In this document: in pieces, positions 1 through 12,005 of the stretch
Numbering within the stretch: position 1 is the stretch's first letter
How the letters are laid out: each line of letters opens with the position of its first letter
Assembly (NCBI GenBank): GCA_013239625.1
Contig: MU053810.1
Coordinates: 3,353,333 to 3,373,332 of the forward strand
From: Lama guanicoe
Taxonomy: Eukaryota
Direction of reading: 5' to 3'
Length of the DNA: 20,000 nt
Made by a program: the position numbers and the translations under genes
The notes under the pieces: model-generated
What the model was told of the DNA's origin: nothing
The model's database searches: none
What the model saw: only the letters and a program-made list of their open reading frames with translations

Positions 1-718
1 TCACCTAACATTTTAAGAAAATGATTTTCTTGAATTTATTTCTAGAATTCTATAAAGATGTTCATCAGGAGAACTGTGATGCAGTTTACAATAAAAGATA
101 GAGAAAGGTATATCTTAATTCTTAAAACAATATTTACAAAGAACTCCTTCATTACAGACTAAAAGCCCATTTCCCCATCATATTTTATTTCTCACAACGT
201 CCCCAATGACCCTGGTGTCCCCAGCTGCCTTTGTGCTGTTCCCAGGCTGGCTTCGTGGGCCTAATGACACTAATTTCAGAGAGGCTGGTGGAAATATTAA
301 GCATTAAGTGACTGACGCTGTGTTTACTAACACTGGGACATGGTTCAGATGGAGAAACCCCCAAATTCAAATAGTTACAAAACATCTGTTGTTGAAATGC
401 TCTCTCTGTCAGAATGCACTCGAACCACACACAGGCTCCCCCCACCAGCAGAGAAGATGTGAACCTAAGGGTGGGGACGCCGGCCAAAGAAACCAGTTGG
501 TTGGTTGTGCTCTAGAGGAGGGAGCTGCTAAATCAGCACACTTCTCTTTTAAACCAGATCACGCATGAGATACACCTGCTCACCTGCTTTTGATTAATGT
601 ACAATATACATTTTTGCCTTGATTGCAGATTTAAATGGACGGTTTTCAAAGCTACTAAAAACCCAACAGTCTTGACGTTCATACAGTGGGGCTGCCCTTT
701 ATATGTATTATTTCTTAC

Positions 719-832
719 CTCAACGTCCTTTTTCAGTTTTTCCAGGAATATCTTTTTGTTGTTGTCATCGATGTAAATCTTTTGGCCCTCGTTAATGAAG
801 TCATTATCCTTTAACGTTGGTAGTTCTTTGGC
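719..832 (-). CDS. PIP4K2A: PIP4K2A coding exon (human exon 7 equivalent), phosphatidylinositol-5-phosphate 4-kinase type-2 alpha, kinase core
   Basis: The minus strand reads ttgttttag|GCC AAA GAA ... GAC GTT GAG|gtaaga: 114 nt, phase 0/0, translating to [38 protein letters not shown]. This matches the PIP4K2A sequence as I recall it, with Ile where human has Val. Long polypyrimidine tract at 833-870. Confidence 0.97.
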
Positions 833-3344
833 CTAAAACAAATGAGAAAGAGAATGAGAAAGACGGAGTAAAATCTAAAAAACATGCACACCTTCCAATC
901 TTGGAGGCTGAGTTTCCACCCGGGGAAGCCGTTTGCCCTATTCCCTGCTGGGCTCTTACCCGAGGCAATAAAATGCAAGGTGGCTCTACTGCCGCACGGG
1001 GGCACCAGTGAGCTATGGCCGCTGGAAGCAGTCCCACTCGGAACGGAGGGTCAGAACTACTCCTTATTATGAGGTTTTTGTAACAGATTTCATGGTTTCA
1101 TAAAAAATGAACCTGGCTGCTTTCTTAGATTCACTTTCTTACAAAAAGTCTTCTAAGTATAGACTCTGTATTCTTGGAATTCTCCATTTTCTTACTAGTA
1201 CAACCCACCCCCCACCCCACTACAACACACTCACTTTTGGGGTAGCCTTTGCTGTGTTCACGTTACAGGTAACTGTCATCTCGTCTCAGAAAAGCACCAC
1301 CCACAATCTAATTTCTGAATCAAAACAGGCAGCCCGCGGTTAGTCATCTGCCCTTCCAAGCCTACCTGCACACACACCACTCCCCCAAGAAGGGGATTCC
1401 ATTTTCCTTTGACATCGTCCGTAAAGCATGTAAGTTCTACCCTTAAAACAAGTGGGTAGTGAGCTGGCCGACCCAAAGTATCAAAATATGGATCACAAAG
1501 CACAGAAACCTTTAATTTAGCTTGTAGACAGCATATAGGATAACAGAGGCATACAGCTTTGCAACAGTGTGGCCGCTTCTATTTAACTTCATGCAAACTG
1601 CATTCTTTGAGCGTTCAAAACCCCTCCCCAGTGCTTTTGGCAACCTTGTAAGAAACAATCACTCCTGTTGATTCCTTCCAGGTGAAAGGAATCCAACATA
1701 ATACACTGCCTTTCTTAGTACACTAATGAATGCCTCCTTTCCATGACTGTGAACTAAACGGAAAAGAGATCCAAGGAAAGAACATACTCTCCTCCGTGGT
1801 CCCCACACTGCCTCCCCCCTTACTCAGGGTCATAAAATAACTCACCGGGTAGATCTACTGAGCCGCCATCCAGATGCCTCAACTTCCTCACGTTCCCTTC
1901 CAATTTTATGAGGTACACACATGTAAACTAGCCACATCTCTGTACACACACACGCATGCATATTATGCAATCCTAAATTAGCTTTGGGAATCATCTTTGA
2001 GAAAATCTGCAGTTTTGTGATGTTTTTGAATTTGATATAACTGCTGCCAAAATACTTAGCCTTACAAAGCAGGTGTAGCGAAGCTCAGAAACCCAAAGAT
2101 CCAGTTCAGTAGCCAGTTACTGAATGACTGTCATGTACACAAGGGCAAAAATAGGTCAACATTTCTGTTTTAAAGGAGTTTAATCTTGTATGAGAGCGAC
2201 ACCAAAGCAAGCAGATAGGAAAACAAGGCAGCAAGAGTTCATAAGACCTACAGATAAATAGGATTCTTGGGAGGAGGATCTACTTTCATATACTTTTATG
2301 CTGAGTCTGAGTCTAAGGAAAGGCAAGGCCATGCTTCACAAAAACTGAGGGGCCTGGTAGACTAACTCCCTAAATCTGTCACTAATCATTTTAAAATGTA
2401 ACGTGAGAGAAAACCCTGAATGTGAAGACAGCATATTAGTGTGAATTGTTTTAGTCAATCATAGACCCTAAGCTGTTCTTTTCTTAGAACTGAGAACACC
2501 CTGAAATTTCAGTGATTGAAATACTAGGATCTGAAGTTCAACAAACTCAGAGGGCAGTCAGACGACATGCCAGATACAAAACTGGGGTGGTTTAGAAAGG
2601 GCTGAAGCCAGATCTGCGCACAGACATGGGAGATGGAGGAAGGATTGTGATTCTCCAGGTAGACAGTGTGGACATCGGTCTACGTGTACGGGGCAGGGGT
2701 GTGTGTGGTTGGGGGCATTAAGGATGAAGATCAGTCTCAGCACCATAGCTCTGTGTGTGTGTCAGCAAAGACGCGGCGAGGGAGTCTTGCTTGTGTGGGA
2801 TGACACACGATCCGTGTTGATGATACGAGTCGCACTGGTGAGGAGGAATGCCATTTCAGGTTCACCCCAGCAGAATTACCTCGGCTGATGGGGAAAGTCT
2901 AATCCTACGTCGTAAAACTCTGGCCACCTTGCACTCTGTTACTAGGCTGACTTGTGAATTTCACGGGCGCTAGGGACATATTTAGATTGGATCAAGTTCA
3001 AAACAAGGGCAACCAGATTGGTTAAAAGACTTAAGGGCTTATTGAGAGGCTCAAGAAGCATGGGCGGAACCTTTGCAGGGCAGCTGCTAGAGGGAACCTA
3101 ACACTAGTCCATAAATGCCACCCCCGGTGTCCACGCAATGGCAGAGGTGCAGGAGCACCGGGGTTTTGGAGACATGAATCCTAGGTCCACCCCTTGCCAG
3201 GGGCCAGTTCCTGGACCTCTCCAGGCTGTCTGTGTGTGTGTGGAAGGCAGAGGCCCCCAGTGGCGGTGGCGGCGGCAGCCTTAGGTGCTGTTAAGCTCTT
3301 GGTGCATCAGCTTATCCAAGTGCATCATCTCACTGACTCTTCGA

Positions 3345-3480
3345 AACGACTATTACTATTTTCATGGAAACTGGGTTTAGTGAGATTATACAACTTAACA
3401 AAGGTCTCACAGCCTGGTAAGTGGAACTGGTAAGCCAGTTCCCACGCTGAGATGGGAACGCGGGCTGCCTGAACCTTAGT
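3345..3480 (-). mobile_element. MIR SINE fragment (degenerate)
   Basis: ttttcatggaaactgggtttagtgagattatacaacttaacaaaggtctcacagcctggtaagtgg resembles the reverse-complement MIR core (atgaggaaactgaggc...aagtaacttgcccaaggtcacacagctagtaagtgg). Confidence 0.6.
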
Positions 3481-4639
3481 CATCCTGCTAAAGGTAGAGC
3501 TGAGAATTCGACCAAAACCCATGACACACTTAAATAAGACACCTGTCATCGTTGTCATTGCTGTGAGCATTCAGTAACTTGTATGGATTGAAAACTGGTC
3601 TTGTAGGTTGAGAGACTGCATATAAAATATCTTCTTTAAAACCAGAACTCAACTGTTTTCTAAGAACTAAATGACAAAGATGAAGTCACCTGACAATGAC
3701 GCACCCTCAGGAAAACCTTGCTGTTTATCTTCTTTAAAATTTCAATATCCATCTGATAATGAGCAGCGTTTACATTAAAGATGCACCTTTTTTTTTTTAA
3801 GTGAGGGAAACTATTTTGCTGTGAATTAATGGACATGATAACCTCTTGGTGTGCCACTGCCCACAGAGCTGATGTCTGCAGAGCAGCACAAAGAATGGTG
3901 GGCAGCAACAGAGTATTTGCTCTTACGGGAGTTTTGAAAGCCTTGAAGTCAGTCAGTGGGTCTGGTTCTTTAATGGGCATCTTCCACACCCTCAATGCGG
4001 AGGCAGCCAGAGGGCGGAGGAAACCATCAGAGCGAAAGCCATCAGGTCAGAAACAACTTCTCAACTGTGGATTCGGAGGCTGGCTTCCCACCAGCGGTCA
4101 GCCACCTTTCAAGTGGTCGGAGGTTTTATGTCTTTATTCGTTCTGAATTAAGTTCTGGCCAGTTTCGGGTAGATTGGGAGCCTCCACGTGTGAGGGGGCG
4201 TGGCAGCACCTCACTCGGCACTTACTGGGAGGCGACCCCAAGGACGAGGCGTGGGAAGGCCTGCTCTTCCCACCCCACCTCCCCAGCCCGGCCTGCCCTC
4301 GTCAGCACCCAGGCCCTGGCAAGGGGAGTGAGGCTGTGTGCAAGCAGACTCGGCAGCAAGCCCGGCACTGCCCACGTCTAAGGTTATTTCCCTTTTGCAG
4401 GAAGTACTTCTACCCGGGGGCTAGACTAGCAATGGCACTCATCTCTAATGTGACAAATGTACAATGTACAAACACAGCTGAGGCATCAGCAGTGATGCCA
4501 GTCCCCCGGCAACCCAGCTCTCCTGCTTCCGTTGTTTGGAAAAAGTCAGAGTGATGTTCACCCTGGCACTTTCCCGCCGGGTGATGCCAGACCCCGGGTG
4601 GATTCAGTATGGCTCAGGTTTCTACTTGGGACACAGGCT

Positions 4640-4875
4640 GAAGCATGAGCTTCTGAACACAGACTGGATCCAGGCCGCCTGGGTTGTATCTCCACTCCAA
4701 CTAGCCACTGTGTGACTTTGAGCAAGTTACTTAACTTCTCTGTGACTTGGCTTCCTGATCTTTAGATGGGGATTAGCAAACAGCAGTGTCGTGAGGATTA
4801 TACAAGTTCATTACCTAAAAAGCTTAGGGTTGTGCCTGCCACGTGGAGAGTTACATATGAATATTCTTGTTATTT
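4640..4875 (+). mobile_element. MIR SINE, near full length
   Basis: ctgtgtgactttgagcaagttacttaacttctctgtgacttggcttcctgatctttagatgggga...gtcgtgaggatta...gtgcctgccac matches the MIR core and tail. Confidence 0.8.
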
Positions 4876-5004
4876 GCTGGTCATGCTTACAAGCATGGTG
4901 TGTGTATGTAGAGAAAAGTGAATCACTGATAACATTTTAAGTCTTGCTCTGGATTTAAGTATGCCCTTTTTTTTTTAAATAATACCTGGGATGTTTAGAA
5001 CCAG

Positions 5005-5140
5005 TAGCTTAATCTGTCCAAACCTGTTTCCTCATCTATATTATGGGAAATCAGTAATACCGTCCAATATGGTTAGCAAGTGAACGAAATGACATGAAAC
5101 ACACACTGCTTGGCATTGAGGACTTGCTGTGTATTAGTTT
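5005..5140 (+). mobile_element. MIR SINE fragment
   Basis: cttaatctgtccaaacctgtttcctcatctatattatgggaaatcagtaatacc is MIR-core-like. Confidence 0.6.
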
Positions 5141-5554
5141 GCATCTTAGTTTCACATCAGCCATTTCTGACCGTGACCAATACTGTTACACAGTGCTCCT
5201 ACTAAAGAATATATGAGACTTGCCCGTCATCTTTTATCCGTCTTGATTTTTTTTTTTTTTAAAGAAATAGGCTCTTTAAATTTGGGATATCAGTAACCTA
5301 AGCCATGTTTACAATTGCCTATGTTTTCAGGGTTTATCATTAGGAACAAATGTCTCCTGCAACTTCTCTGCGTATTACCTTTAAGTTTTGAAGATACTTT
5401 CCTTACTGCACGCACATCTAGCATACACAAGTGCAAGGTTATTTCACTTCACTGCATCGGACATGGGAGAACAGAGGGGACACCAGAGAAGGCGTGTTAA
5501 AGGCAACACTGGCATAAACCCGTCCTGGCTGCTCTCCAAACCTGGATTGAATTT

Positions 5555-5615
5555 TCCCGGCCAGAAAAACCTCTGATCACCGGAAAACTCTCCCTGGCCA
5601 GAAAAACCTCACTGA
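5555..5615. repeat. Short direct duplication: GGCCAGAAAAACCTC twice, period 37
   Basis: An identical 15-mer occurs at 5559-5573 and 5596-5610, with similar flanks (tccc before, ctga after). Confidence 0.85.
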
Positions 5616-7014
5616 AACACAAGTGAGGAGAAAACACTGCTTTGTAATAATAAATAAAAGTTGAGTAAGTTTCTAGAGTAACCAAGTATCTACATTTTAT
5701 ATTTATTAAATATGGAATACATACAATTTAATAGTTTTATATATATGGCCAAAGATAGAAATTTGCTGATTTTTTTTTTCTTAGCTGATTTTTCATGGGT
5801 TTAGTTTTTCTCAGTGAGTGGATTATAATTGTTGAGTAATTTAGCGAATGTGAGTTTGCTGACCTACAGCACAAATTCAGTAACTGAAATCTCGGTGGCT
5901 AGAAAACAACCAAAAAATGAGAGAGAGAAGCTCCTTGGGAACATTTCATTTGCTATGAGCTGTAAAAAGAAAATTGTTTTCATCATAAATGTTCCCTCCC
6001 TCTCTTTTTGTAACTACGCTATTCGGTGAAAAGCTTTTGGTTACTTTTGAAGTAAAGTATTTGCTTGTCTCTCGGGAAGTCTATACTCAATACTAAGAAA
6101 CACACTATTAACGGTTATCGGTCATGGTCAGAAATGGTTTCTGTGTTACAAAGACACAAATGAACATGGACGTGAGCTGAGGTGTACACACAACTAGATC
6201 AGAACTTGAAGATAACCAACATGTGGATCATATTTTAAATGTATAAATACTGAATATAAATATTATCCCCTCGGGCTCAGTAAAAGATATAAATGATCTC
6301 TAAGGACATTTGGCCACGGGTTTTGAGATTTAAAACAGGAAAAAATATTCAGAAGTAAGAGCCACAAAGTCTAGAGCTTTCATTTTTAGAATGAACCTGA
6401 GCCTCCATGGCCAGCTCAGCAGACGGAGACCCGGGAGTGAAGGCAGTGGTTGGAGAGAAATTAGGGATCCTGGGAGGGCAAAGGAAGCTCAGGGCTCTGC
6501 TTCCTTCCGTTACAATGACAGAAAGCACACAAAAAAGCAAGGCATTAGAGCTTCCCTTCTAACATAAAAATACTTAGTACACTTCATACAAACTTTAGAA
6601 TTCCAAATTACTAAAAACTTTGCATTTTTTTCTGAAAACAACCCCCCCAAAAACTTTAACAAAAGGATTTAAGTTCTCTGTTTCAAACAGAAGTTAATCT
6701 ACTTGTAATATAATTATTTCATTGGGTTCTGTAACTTAATGTATGATTGCTGTCATTTGCACGGAGGTTAGGAATCCTAGATAATAAGAGTTAAGTAAAG
6801 CCAGAAATTACATGGAAATCTTAGGTGAAAAATCTAGTTATCTTCTGGATGACTCAAAGTTTTAAAATCACAAATACTTAAAATCTGTATATAAAGTCAA
6901 AACCTAACTTCAAATATGGAATTCGAAAACAAAAACTGGCAAAAAATACAGAATTCAAACTACAATAATACTAGATTTTATCATCCTACAATTAAATTAC
7001 ACAAGGAGTCTATA

Positions 7015-7139
7015 TTTTATTATTATTTTTTGGGAAGGGAGGTAATAAGAATTACTTATTTAATGGAGGTACTGGGGATTGAACCCAGGACCTCATGCAT
7101 GCTAAGCATGCGCTCTACCACTGAGCTATACCCTCCCCC
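7015..7139 (-). mobile_element. tRNA-Ala-derived SINE (camelid vic-1 type)
   Basis: The minus strand reads GGGGGAGGGTATAGCTCAGTGGTAGAGCGCATGCTTAGCATGCATGAGGTCCTGGGTTCAATCCCCAGTACCTCCA, then TTAAATAAGTAATTCTTATTACCTCCCTTCCC and an A-rich tail. A and B boxes are intact. Degenerate TSD: agtctatatttt / agtgtatttt. Confidence 0.9.
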
Positions 7140-7620
7140 AAAGTGTATTTTAAATTGCCAGTAAACAACAGGAAATTTTTTTAAAAAAGTATTTAAAATG
7201 CCCAGAGCCAAAATTTATGATAATACAGAGCCACATTTTAATTTTGGCCTGGATGGAAACGTTCACAGGAAGATGGGATGTACTTCTGTCACACCCGAGT
7301 GTTTAATACAAACAGGATTCTGGAACCATGCAAAGGATAACTAACACACAGCATAGCAGTATGTGATTAAAGGACTTGTGTTTCAGAAAGAAACAAAGTT
7401 TTGTTCAATGTGCTCACTTGACAACCTGTTTTCAAAAGTCAAATTGTAAGCCTCGATGTCAAAGACCTCTGCCTGGTGTCCCTTTGCTGGGCCACACTGT
7501 GACACTCAGAGCTGAATACACAAGATAAAAGTACATCCTAATTACTGTCTCATGTTTGAGACCATGGATGTTCCTGATTTGCTTGTTACTCCAGGCTCAC
7601 CTAAAAGAAAATAAACTTGC

Positions 7621-7661
7621 AAAAAAAAAAAAAAAACCCCAAAACAAAACCAAAAACAAAA
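7621..7661. repeat. A16 run plus A-rich low-complexity tract (U-rich in the pre-mRNA)
   Basis: aaaaaaaaaaaaaaaaccccaaaacaaaaccaaaaacaaaa, seen directly. Confidence 0.9.
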
Positions 7662-9189
7662 GGCTTGCCAAAATAACTTCATAAAAAATCAGTCTGTGGG
7701 GCTGAAGATATACTCCAGAAATATTCCTGTAAGAGAGAGACTTTTTAGGTAATCCTTACATGGGAGTTAGGATAAAGATGATTTGATCAAATAACATCGC
7801 ATATGTGGGACCAATCTTGGGGTAATAAGAGATGGTAAAGATTTTATAATAAAATCAGTTCTGCTTCTCAAAACATCCAAGCCACAAACTTGATACATGA
7901 AAAGGCAAATCAGTGAATACGGGTAAAGTTCAGACAGAAGGAGCAAAGAGAACAGGTGTTTTCTCACAAAAAGTCCATCTAATGCCTTTAACAACATAAG
8001 CGGGAATGTCTCTACAAGTTCACGGTTGGGGAAATGATCCAGCACATCATTAATAACTGGCAGTTTCCACATGTGTACATGTACGACCAGCATCTGGACG
8101 TGAAGGGCTCATTTTTATTCTGAACCTCCTTGTCTATGTGTAAATGTAGAATGACAGTGTATCTCAACATACTTGTAGAAACCACTGCAAATAAGCAGCA
8201 CAAAACTGGGTAAGCCCTATCGTAATTCTACATCGAATCGGTAAGGCTGGCAGAACCCAGCTGCTGGTTCTTTATTTTCCCTATAGTTTTCAAGCTGCTA
8301 TTTAGAAAGTGAAATTTATTCCTTTTCTAATACTCTCATACTTCTCAGACTGGCCCTTTAACTCTAAGTGACTTAGGTTTGGTTCCTCCCACGGGCTGTG
8401 ACGTGACAGTTAAGCCGTGTGCAAGATGTGCAGAATTGGTTTGTTTCCATCTGATTGGAAGATTCTGTTTGCATGGATGGTGATGGTGATAATCTAAGAA
8501 ACGTCAAAGTCTGAAAACTTGAGACGTTTGCCAAATCCTGTAGTTTCGGGTTTAGTGCTTATCTGGTAAACATCATAATTTTTACTGTTTTAATAATGAT
8601 ACATCTGCAGCAGGTTGGCTTCAATTCAAGCCACATACTACGCGTGGAAGTCGTCTCTCCCCCCAACTCTTTCTGGAATCGAGTAAGAGCTGTCTGCTTA
8701 GAAGTTCCCGTATCTAACAGCACTGCTTCATGTGTGCTTGGGATAATCTGAGCTGAGTTCATTCCAGTGAAATTGAGAGATTATGCACCACCATAAACTA
8801 GACTGGCCTGAGGACTCTAATGCTGTCACCTGGGAGATGCTCACAGGAGTTACTGCATGTTATCTTCTCTTTCACCTGCCACTCCAACCAAATTCCAAAG
8901 GAATCAAACTTAACTCCGCTTCCCAGAATAATCCCCATGGTTTACATGATAGGGGTCTTAACACTTTGCTCAGCCATCTGCAGACTGGCTAACAGTTTGG
9001 AACTATTTTTTTTTTCATTAATAATAGCAACCATCATAACCCATACCTAGAACAGACAGGATTTTAGTGATTGTCAAGTCCAGGACTCTTCAAAGTCAGG
9101 TCTGTTGAAGTCTACCTCTGTGGGAGGGAAAGCTTCATTTGAAACGAGATTCTTGGCAAACATTAAGGCATGAGAACCAATGATTCAAT

Positions 9190-9295
9190 GAAGCCCTTTA
9201 ATTTTACAAATGAGGACAAAGTCAAATGACTTATCCCCAAACTTCCATTAATGCCAGAGTGGCGGCTGGGACTCAGATTTGCTAAGGCTCTTGGT
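9190..9295 (-). mobile_element. MIR/MIR3 fragment (very degenerate)
   Basis: attttacaaatgaggacaaagtcaaatgacttatcccc...gagtggcggctgggactcaga resembles reverse MIR. Confidence 0.5.
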
Positions 9296-10089
9296 TTGGT
9301 GTTTTTCCCCTCCAAACCCCCTCTTATAAAACATCTCCGGGCCAGGAGGCAGATGGCCTTGCTTCTGCCCTGATGGGAAACTTTCCCCTGCACTTTGGGT
9401 TCTGAGACAAGCATGTCTACCACTGGTTGGCAGAGGAAAATAATTCAATTTTATCTGGAGAAGGAATTTTACAGAGGGTTAAAGCTTGAGTTGAGTTTAG
9501 GGCCTAAAAACCTTAACAATCTCCCTTTAACTGATGATCTGCTAATGACAAAAAAGGAAGCACCTTTTAACTGACAGCTAAGAAAGATTCCCAGGACACA
9601 CTGCTGTTATTTTTAACTCAGCGGGAAGAACCAGATGGAGGTGGTAATTAACAAAATTTGTTACAAGATAAATATCACAAAAGAAATGCTGAAAACTGGT
9701 TTAAGAAAGCTTTTTTTTTTTTGGATGTGAGGGTATATGGGATGAATTTTCCTGAGCCTTTAGTCAGTAACAGGTAAAATGTCAGAGATGGTGGCAGTCA
9801 CTTAATTGCTAAGGCAATTCACAATCCCTAAGAATTGACCAGGCGGCTTTTTGTAGCCCATTATCCAAGTGTCAACAAAGATTATTGCCAATATAGTAAC
9901 ACAAATGCCAATTGCAGGGCAGCTGTTTCCTTTCAAATGGGTTCCAGGGAGGTTACTTGTTACAGGGAATCTTCTTGTGACCCTATGACTCCATTACCCC
10001 AGCTTTACTTTACGTAATGAAACCAGCCATGAGTTTTGAGAACTGCGTGGAACGATGAACAAAATGCTTATTTGTATAAATCCCCAGGA

Positions 10090-10108
10090 CTCTCTCTCTC
10101 TCTCTCTC
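10090..10108. repeat. (TC)9 microsatellite
   Basis: Seen directly. Confidence 0.9.
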
Positions 10109-11777
10109 AAGAACATGGGCTCTTTAAAGAGTCAGGTCAAATCCTCCAGAAATCAAGTGAGTCCAGTTACGTTTTCTTTTCCTTGCTCGGTTTCCCTGCT
10201 GAGTAGCATGCTTGCTGGCAGCATGCTAAGACTGTCATTTGTAAAGAGTGGTCCGCTCAGCTATAATTACTAATTTGATGTCACACTGGAATTGCAGCGC
10301 AGCTGTGAAAAGATCGACCACCAGGGAGATTCGCATTTCTGTCTCATTTAGAGGGAGCTACACTGCTGGAGCCGTGAATGGAAGATGCCCTTCCATTAAT
10401 AAAGGAAGGAATTAAAGAAAACAAGTCATAGCAGCTGTCAGAACTTGACAGCGGTTTAAAACAAAACAAAACAAAACACTGTTCTTTAAAAAAAATTCAA
10501 GACATCTGTACACGCATGTTCTGATACTTGCTGCAGTGAAAGTGATTCCGTGATTGTTGGAACAGAACTTATTTCTTTCAGCTCCATCTTCATTATTATG
10601 CTAATGCAAATCCCACTAATTACATGTCAAGCTCAAATCGGAGGGATGGGACTTGTATGCACCTATATCAGGAAATATCTGAAATGACAGTTTTAAAATT
10701 TGTCATCAACAAGTGAAAAGTGTGGGACATTAAAACAGCGATAATGACTCAAATGAAAGAAACTAAGAATTCAGATTGCTAATTAAGCCACATCAATGGA
10801 GATTCTCTATAAGGATTGTTCTTTGCAATTTTGTAATCACTCTGTAGAGAGAATATGGGTAGCACAATGACAGCAGAGAATAATCTTGCAAACCATTTGG
10901 TTTCATTTATAAGAGGCTAAAGTGTAGAAAATAAGTATTTTCAGCCTTCTCCAAATATTTCTAACCAAAGGTAACAGTGATTGTTTTGATAACATTTGTG
11001 GTTTTGTTTGTGAAGAACAGCATGCTTTTTGGAAGAGTCAAAAATATTAATTGATCATGGAAAGAAAACCTGAAAATTGTCAGAACAAGAAACGCAAAAG
11101 AAATTTTTAGAACTTAAAAACCCAAGGTTTTTAAGAGTTCAGCTCCATTAATACATTTCATTTATTTTTAAGTGTTACAGTTTAGTGAATGTTACCCTTG
11201 GTTGCTGCTAGACTGTAAACAAACTGCCACATCAGAGACACATGATGTCCTGTTGTCAAGGCAGGCACAGTCTCCATCAATTACCAGTGTTAGTTACTTT
11301 CACTCCCACATCTTCAAGCTACTTCCTTGCGACCCTTCCCAGTGAGCACCTGTAATCTAGGAGGGCAGGTCGATGGTCTTTTGGAGCTGCTCCTTTTGGA
11401 AGAAGAGCTATCAGGAACCCCAAGCCCAGAAAAAAAAGTACATAGCATTGAATTCCTCCTTTGGGCTACTGTGTGGGCAATTTTAATGTTTACCCAGTGG
11501 GAGATACTAGTGACACAGACTGTATTTACAGAAATACCTAATTCCTCAAATGGAGAAAATGTGAATTGGTTTGCCAACATCTTATGGGGCTGAACAGTTT
11601 TGTTTTTTTTTTTCACTTTGAAATCAAGATTCAATGAACTGCCTTAGTTCATATGTAACTCCAAAAAACAGTTTTTGTCAGTGAAACATTGTAGTGAAAT
11701 GTTGCCTTGTTCATCTTCATGATTCATGGGATTAATATGAATTTTTTTTTAAAAAAGAAGTCCCAAACATTTAGGAG

Positions 11778-12005
11778 GTAGTACCATATCATGGTTAGAA
11801 ATGTGAGATGTGGGCTGGACCCCTGGCTGTGTCGTGCCATAACTGTGGGTCCTTGGGCCTGTCTGTCAAGTAACTTCATTTACTCAATGGAAATAATAAT
11901 AGCGCCTGCCTCAAAGGTGGCTGTCAGGGTTATGTGACCAAATATGTGTGAAATTTAGAACAGATCTTGCATACAGTTGACATTAAACAAATGCCAGTTA
12001 TTACT
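11778..12005 (+). mobile_element. MIR SINE, near full length, degenerate
   Basis: atcatggttaga...taactgtgggtccttgggc...aatggaaataataatagcgcctgcctcaaaggtggctgtcagggtta...tttagaacag...aaatgccagttattact follows the MIR consensus order. Confidence 0.75.

Noticed and set aside
833..876. Alternative acceptor 42 nt upstream of the 114-nt exon
   Set aside because: The in-frame extension ends in the TAG of the true acceptor, and its pyrimidine tract is short.
1204..1220. G-quadruplex candidate on the sense strand
   Set aside because: Only three separate G-runs; marginal.
5559..5610. Repeat-spacer-repeat pattern resembling a mini CRISPR array
   Set aside because: Only two 15-nt copies, not palindromic, in a mammalian intron with no cas genes. 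It is a local duplication.
7064..7135. Bona fide tRNA-Ala gene
   Set aside because: The extra 5' Gs, SINE-type tail, A-rich end, TSD-like flanks and lack of an adjacent T4+ terminator indicate a SINE.
7609..7661. AATAAA followed by A16 on the + strand, suggesting a retroposed mRNA 3' end
   Set aside because: Signal-to-tail spacing is only about 6 nt, there is no convincing TSD, and no upstream body is recognisable.
7767..8093. 108-aa ATG ORF on the sense strand within the intron
   Set aside because: No recognisable homology or splice context; length is within chance expectation for 20 kb.
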